Of a stretch of DNA of 64,000 nt, positions 61,399-64,000 are shown piece after piece. Each line of letters begins with the position of its first letter. Position 1 is the stretch's first letter. Source of the stretch: an uncultured delta proteobacterium (GTDB lineage: Bacteria; Myxococcota; Kuafuiibacteriia; Kuafuiibacteriales; Kuafuiibacteriaceae); the NCBI GenBank assembly GCA_963803435.1, contig CAWDML010000001.1, positions 1,024,001 to 1,088,000 on the forward strand, read 5' to 3'. A program made the position numbers and the translations under genes. The notes under the pieces are model-generated. The model was not told the DNA's origin and made no database searches. It was given only the letters and a program-made list of their open reading frames with translations.

Positions 61399-61827
61399 TC
61401 AGCGGGACGGGATCGACCCTTCGATCTGCTTGCGCAGGTCCTCCGACGAGGCCGTGCGCACCAATCCGCAGATGTCCTGGGCCTTCTTCGACTGCATGTA
61501 CGAGTCCATGAACCGGACGCAGCCCTTCGGATCCAGCTTGGCCAGGATCCGCGCGCCGATCATCGCCGCCTCCACGCGCGCTGCCTGCTTGTTGCCGGAG
61601 CCCTCCAGCTTGCAGGCCGGATCGAACGCGCCGGTCCACGCCTGCGCGATCAGCTCCTCGTCGTCGAGGGTCTTCGGCTGATTGCCGTCGGGGCCTGCCT
61701 TACGGTTCTGGGTGAGGAAGCTGCGCACGGCGCGAGCCCAGGCATCCTGACAGCTATCCCCCTTCGGTCGCGCGGTCGCGATCGAGGCGATCGACACGAG
61801 CGCGAGCAGCAGGAACGTCTTCTTCAC
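61399..61827 (-). CDS. Secreted protein with 4 Cys
   Basis: Signal peptide MKKTFLLLALVSIASIATA, RBS ggag. Confidence 0.65.
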   Translation of the reverse strand: MKKTFLLLALVSIASIATARPKGDSCQDAWARAVRSFLTQNRKAGPDGNQPKTLDDEELIAQAWTGAFDPACKLEGSGNKQAARVEAAMIGARILAKLDPKGCVRFMDSYMQSKKAQDICGLVRTASSEDLRKQIEGSIPSR

Positions 61828-61836
61828 GCTCCCTGC

Positions 61837-62835
61837 TTACCTTCCGGGAGCCGTCGGCGACAAGTTTTCAACCACCGATCGGATCGTCTCGACCAGCGAG
61901 TAACGTGGCGTAAAGCCCAGCTCTTTCTTCGCCAGCGAGCCGTCGACGACGCAGTTGTACTGGATGTGCCGGAGCTCGGGCGCCGGAAAGCCCGTCATCC
62001 GGAAGTCGAAGGCCCCGCCCAGCATCCGTTTGGCGACGAAGGCCGGGATCGACCGCGGTCGCCGGTCCAGGACCTGGAGGATCCGCGAGAGCGGGGCCTC
62101 GCCCGGGCCGACGATGTTGAACACGCCCTTCGTGCCCGCCTTGAACGCGAGGCAGATGGCGTGGACCACGTCCTCTTCGTGGATCAGCTGGATGATCGGA
62201 TCGAAGCCGGTCATCACCCAGGGCCGCTCGAGCCGCAGGTAGTTGGAGGGCGCGTTGCGCACGCGCGGTCCCACGATGTGGACCGGGCGGAGCATCGTCG
62301 TCTCCACACCGGGCTGCCGGTAGAAGAAGCTCTGGACGATCCGATCGACGGCCACCAGATCGCGGATCTCGTGGTGATGCTCGGCCCCGAGGAGCGGCGC
62401 GTCCTCGCCGAGGAAGTACGAGTTCTCCGGATCCGGCCCGTAGATGTTGGCGCTCGAAAGCATGATGAACTGCGGCGCGCGGTACTTGGCGGTGAAGTCG
62501 AGCAGCCGCTGCGTCCCGATGACGTTGAACCGGTAGTGGTCCTCTTCCCCGTGCGGGTTGTGCATCAGACCCAGGTGCACCACGGCGAGCACGTTCCGGG
62601 TCCGGAACACGTCCTCGATCGCGCGCCACCGGACGTCGGTCCGCAGGTGCACCACGTCCTTCGGGAGGCCGGTGATGGGGCGGCGATCGACCGCCACGAT
62701 CTGGTGCTGGCGGTGCAGCGACTGCACCACGAGCCGGCCCAGGTTGCCGCCCGCGCCGGTACAGATGATGACGTCCTGTTGGCGGGAGCCCACGGGAACC
62801 TCAGAAGAAGACGCCGTCGCGCGCTCGGAGACCAT
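61837..62835 (-). CDS. NAD-dependent epimerase/dehydratase (extended SDR)
   Basis: TGAGGNLG, LSSANIYG, IQLIHEEDV. Confidence 0.88.
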   Translation of the reverse strand: MVSERATASSSEVPVGSRQQDVIICTGAGGNLGRLVVQSLHRQHQIVAVDRRPITGLPKDVVHLRTDVRWRAIEDVFRTRNVLAVVHLGLMHNPHGEEDHYRFNVIGTQRLLDFTAKYRAPQFIMLSSANIYGPDPENSYFLGEDAPLLGAEHHHEIRDLVAVDRIVQSFFYRQPGVETTMLRPVHIVGPRVRNAPSNYLRLERPWVMTGFDPIIQLIHEEDVVHAICLAFKAGTKGVFNIVGPGEAPLSRILQVLDRRPRSIPAFVAKRMLGGAFDFRMTGFPAPELRHIQYNCVVDGSLAKKELGFTPRYSLVETIRSVVENLSPTAPGR

Positions 62836-63670
62836 GGTCGAGCATCTCCTGGATCACGTTCTTCACGCGGGACACGTGCTCCTGCACGAACTCGTCATCC
62901 TCGTCACCGAGCCCCGGGAAGGTCATCGGGTCGCCGAAGTAGATGTGATACTTCGAAGGGAGCGGCAGCAGTCCGAGCGGTCCGAGGAGCGGGAAGGTCG
63001 GCGTCACGGGAAACGCCGGCGCACCGATCGCGTCCGCCAGCGGTTTCACGTTGTACAGTGAGGGCGCCTGCTCCTCCGCGCCGACCACCGCGATCGGCAC
63101 GATCGGCGTCCGCGTCTCGAGCGCCAGCCGCATGAAGCCCGTACCGAAGCGCTCCAGCTGATACCTGCGGTCGTACGTCTTCGAGATCCCGCGCGCGCCC
63201 TCGGGAAAGACGAGGATCGCCTCCTCCTTCTCCAGCAGACGCCGGCAATTCTCGGGCGTCCCGACGATCTGCCCCATACGCGCCATGAACACCGAGACGA
63301 AGGGCAACTTCGGCACCCACTTCTCGACCATGGCGCGCGGTACGCGGGGCGGGTCGTGCTCGAGCACGAGCGCGCAGGCGATCATCATGCCGTCGAAGGG
63401 GAGCTGCCCCGAGTGGTTGGCCACCAGCAGGACGCGGCGCTCGGGCACCTTCTCCAGGCCGTGCGTCTTCACCCGGAAGTAGTTCTTGTAGAGCCAGGCC
63501 ACCGGAATCGCGGCGTACTTGACGACTCGCGGGTCGTATCCGAAAGGATCCACACCGAGCTCGCCGAGGTCGGCGCGAAGCTGCTCGGTTTTGCGCTCGA
63601 GCTCCCCGTCCACCACGAGCTCGGCGATCTTGCGCTTCAGCGCCCGCCGCAAGGTCCCGTCCCCCACCAT
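62801..63670 (-). CDS. Lysophospholipid/1-acylglycerol-phosphate acyltransferase family
   Basis: NHSGQLPFD, FPEG, GFMRLAL, PIVPIAVVG. Confidence 0.9.
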   Translation of the reverse strand: MVGDGTLRRALKRKIAELVVDGELERKTEQLRADLGELGVDPFGYDPRVVKYAAIPVAWLYKNYFRVKTHGLEKVPERRVLLVANHSGQLPFDGMMIACALVLEHDPPRVPRAMVEKWVPKLPFVSVFMARMGQIVGTPENCRRLLEKEEAILVFPEGARGISKTYDRRYQLERFGTGFMRLALETRTPIVPIAVVGAEEQAPSLYNVKPLADAIGAPAFPVTPTFPLLGPLGLLPLPSKYHIYFGDPMTFPGLGDEDDEFVQEHVSRVKNVIQEMLDHGLRARDGVFF

Positions 63671-63738
63671 CGGGAGGACGCTATGTCGGACACACACGAT
63701 TGCCAACCGGATCCGATCAGAGGTACCCAGTCCGAGAT

Positions 63739-64000
63739 TTGCTCGCGGGTGACTCGATAGAAGGCGCGATCCTCACGACCGTCGCGTACTACGACGTGTT
63801 CGCGTTCGCCCCGCGCGCCCGCGAGATCCACCGCTTCCTCGTGGGACGCCGTGCGAGCCGCGCCGAGGTGGAGACGACGTTGCTCGAGAGCCACGCGCTC
63901 GCGCAGCACGTCGCCAGTCGAGACGGCTGCTGGTTCTTGCGCGGCAAGGATCACCTCGCGCCGCGGCGCCTGCGCTTCTCTCGCCACTCGGGGGCGCTCT
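63739..64000 (+). CDS. 5' part of a probable nucleotidyltransferase-domain protein, runs off the window
   Basis: Hand translation: IEGAILTTVAYYDVFAFAP…EIHRFL…DGCWFLRG…APRRL. Confidence 0.5.
   Translation, partial: MLAGDSIEGAILTTVAYYDVFAFAPRAREIHRFLVGRRASRAEVETTLLESHALAQHVASRDGCWFLRGKDHLAPRRLRFSRHSGAL

Overview
High-GC window from a Myxococcota-like (deltaproteobacterial) genome. All calls come from motif recognition and recall of the families; no database searches were run. From left to right it holds: (1) a gliding-motility (Glt/Nfs-type) operon, OMP-gltC-gltD-gltE, with a divergent cglC/gltK-like lipoprotein and a vWA gene; (2) secreted and Cys-rich lipoproteins and a Ser/Thr kinase-TPR pair; (3) a 7-gene surface-glycan modification operon; (4) an internally deleted IS1182 with long repeat-containing inverted repeats; (5) an accessory region from about 24.7 to 55.3 kb; (6) core-like genes (DUF2461, two tandem Cys-rich surface lipoproteins, CoxS-like 2Fe-2S protein, rubredoxin-like protein, epimerase, acyltransferase). 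The accessory region contains a PAI-like FAD fatty-acid isomerase, a YHYH/cytochrome/sensor/ECF/anti-sigma operon, an Ntox28 toxin-immunity pair, an MbnP/MbnH copper module and an amidase with an internal MYXO-CTERM followed by a second signal peptide and a TolB-like propeller. It also holds many short gene and IS remnants, including a tRNA-Sec 3'-end copy. Five frameshifts in otherwise intact genes are all repaired by changing GAATC to GATC, which suggests a systematic sequencing error, probably linked to methylation. No CRISPR array, rRNA or complete tRNA was seen.
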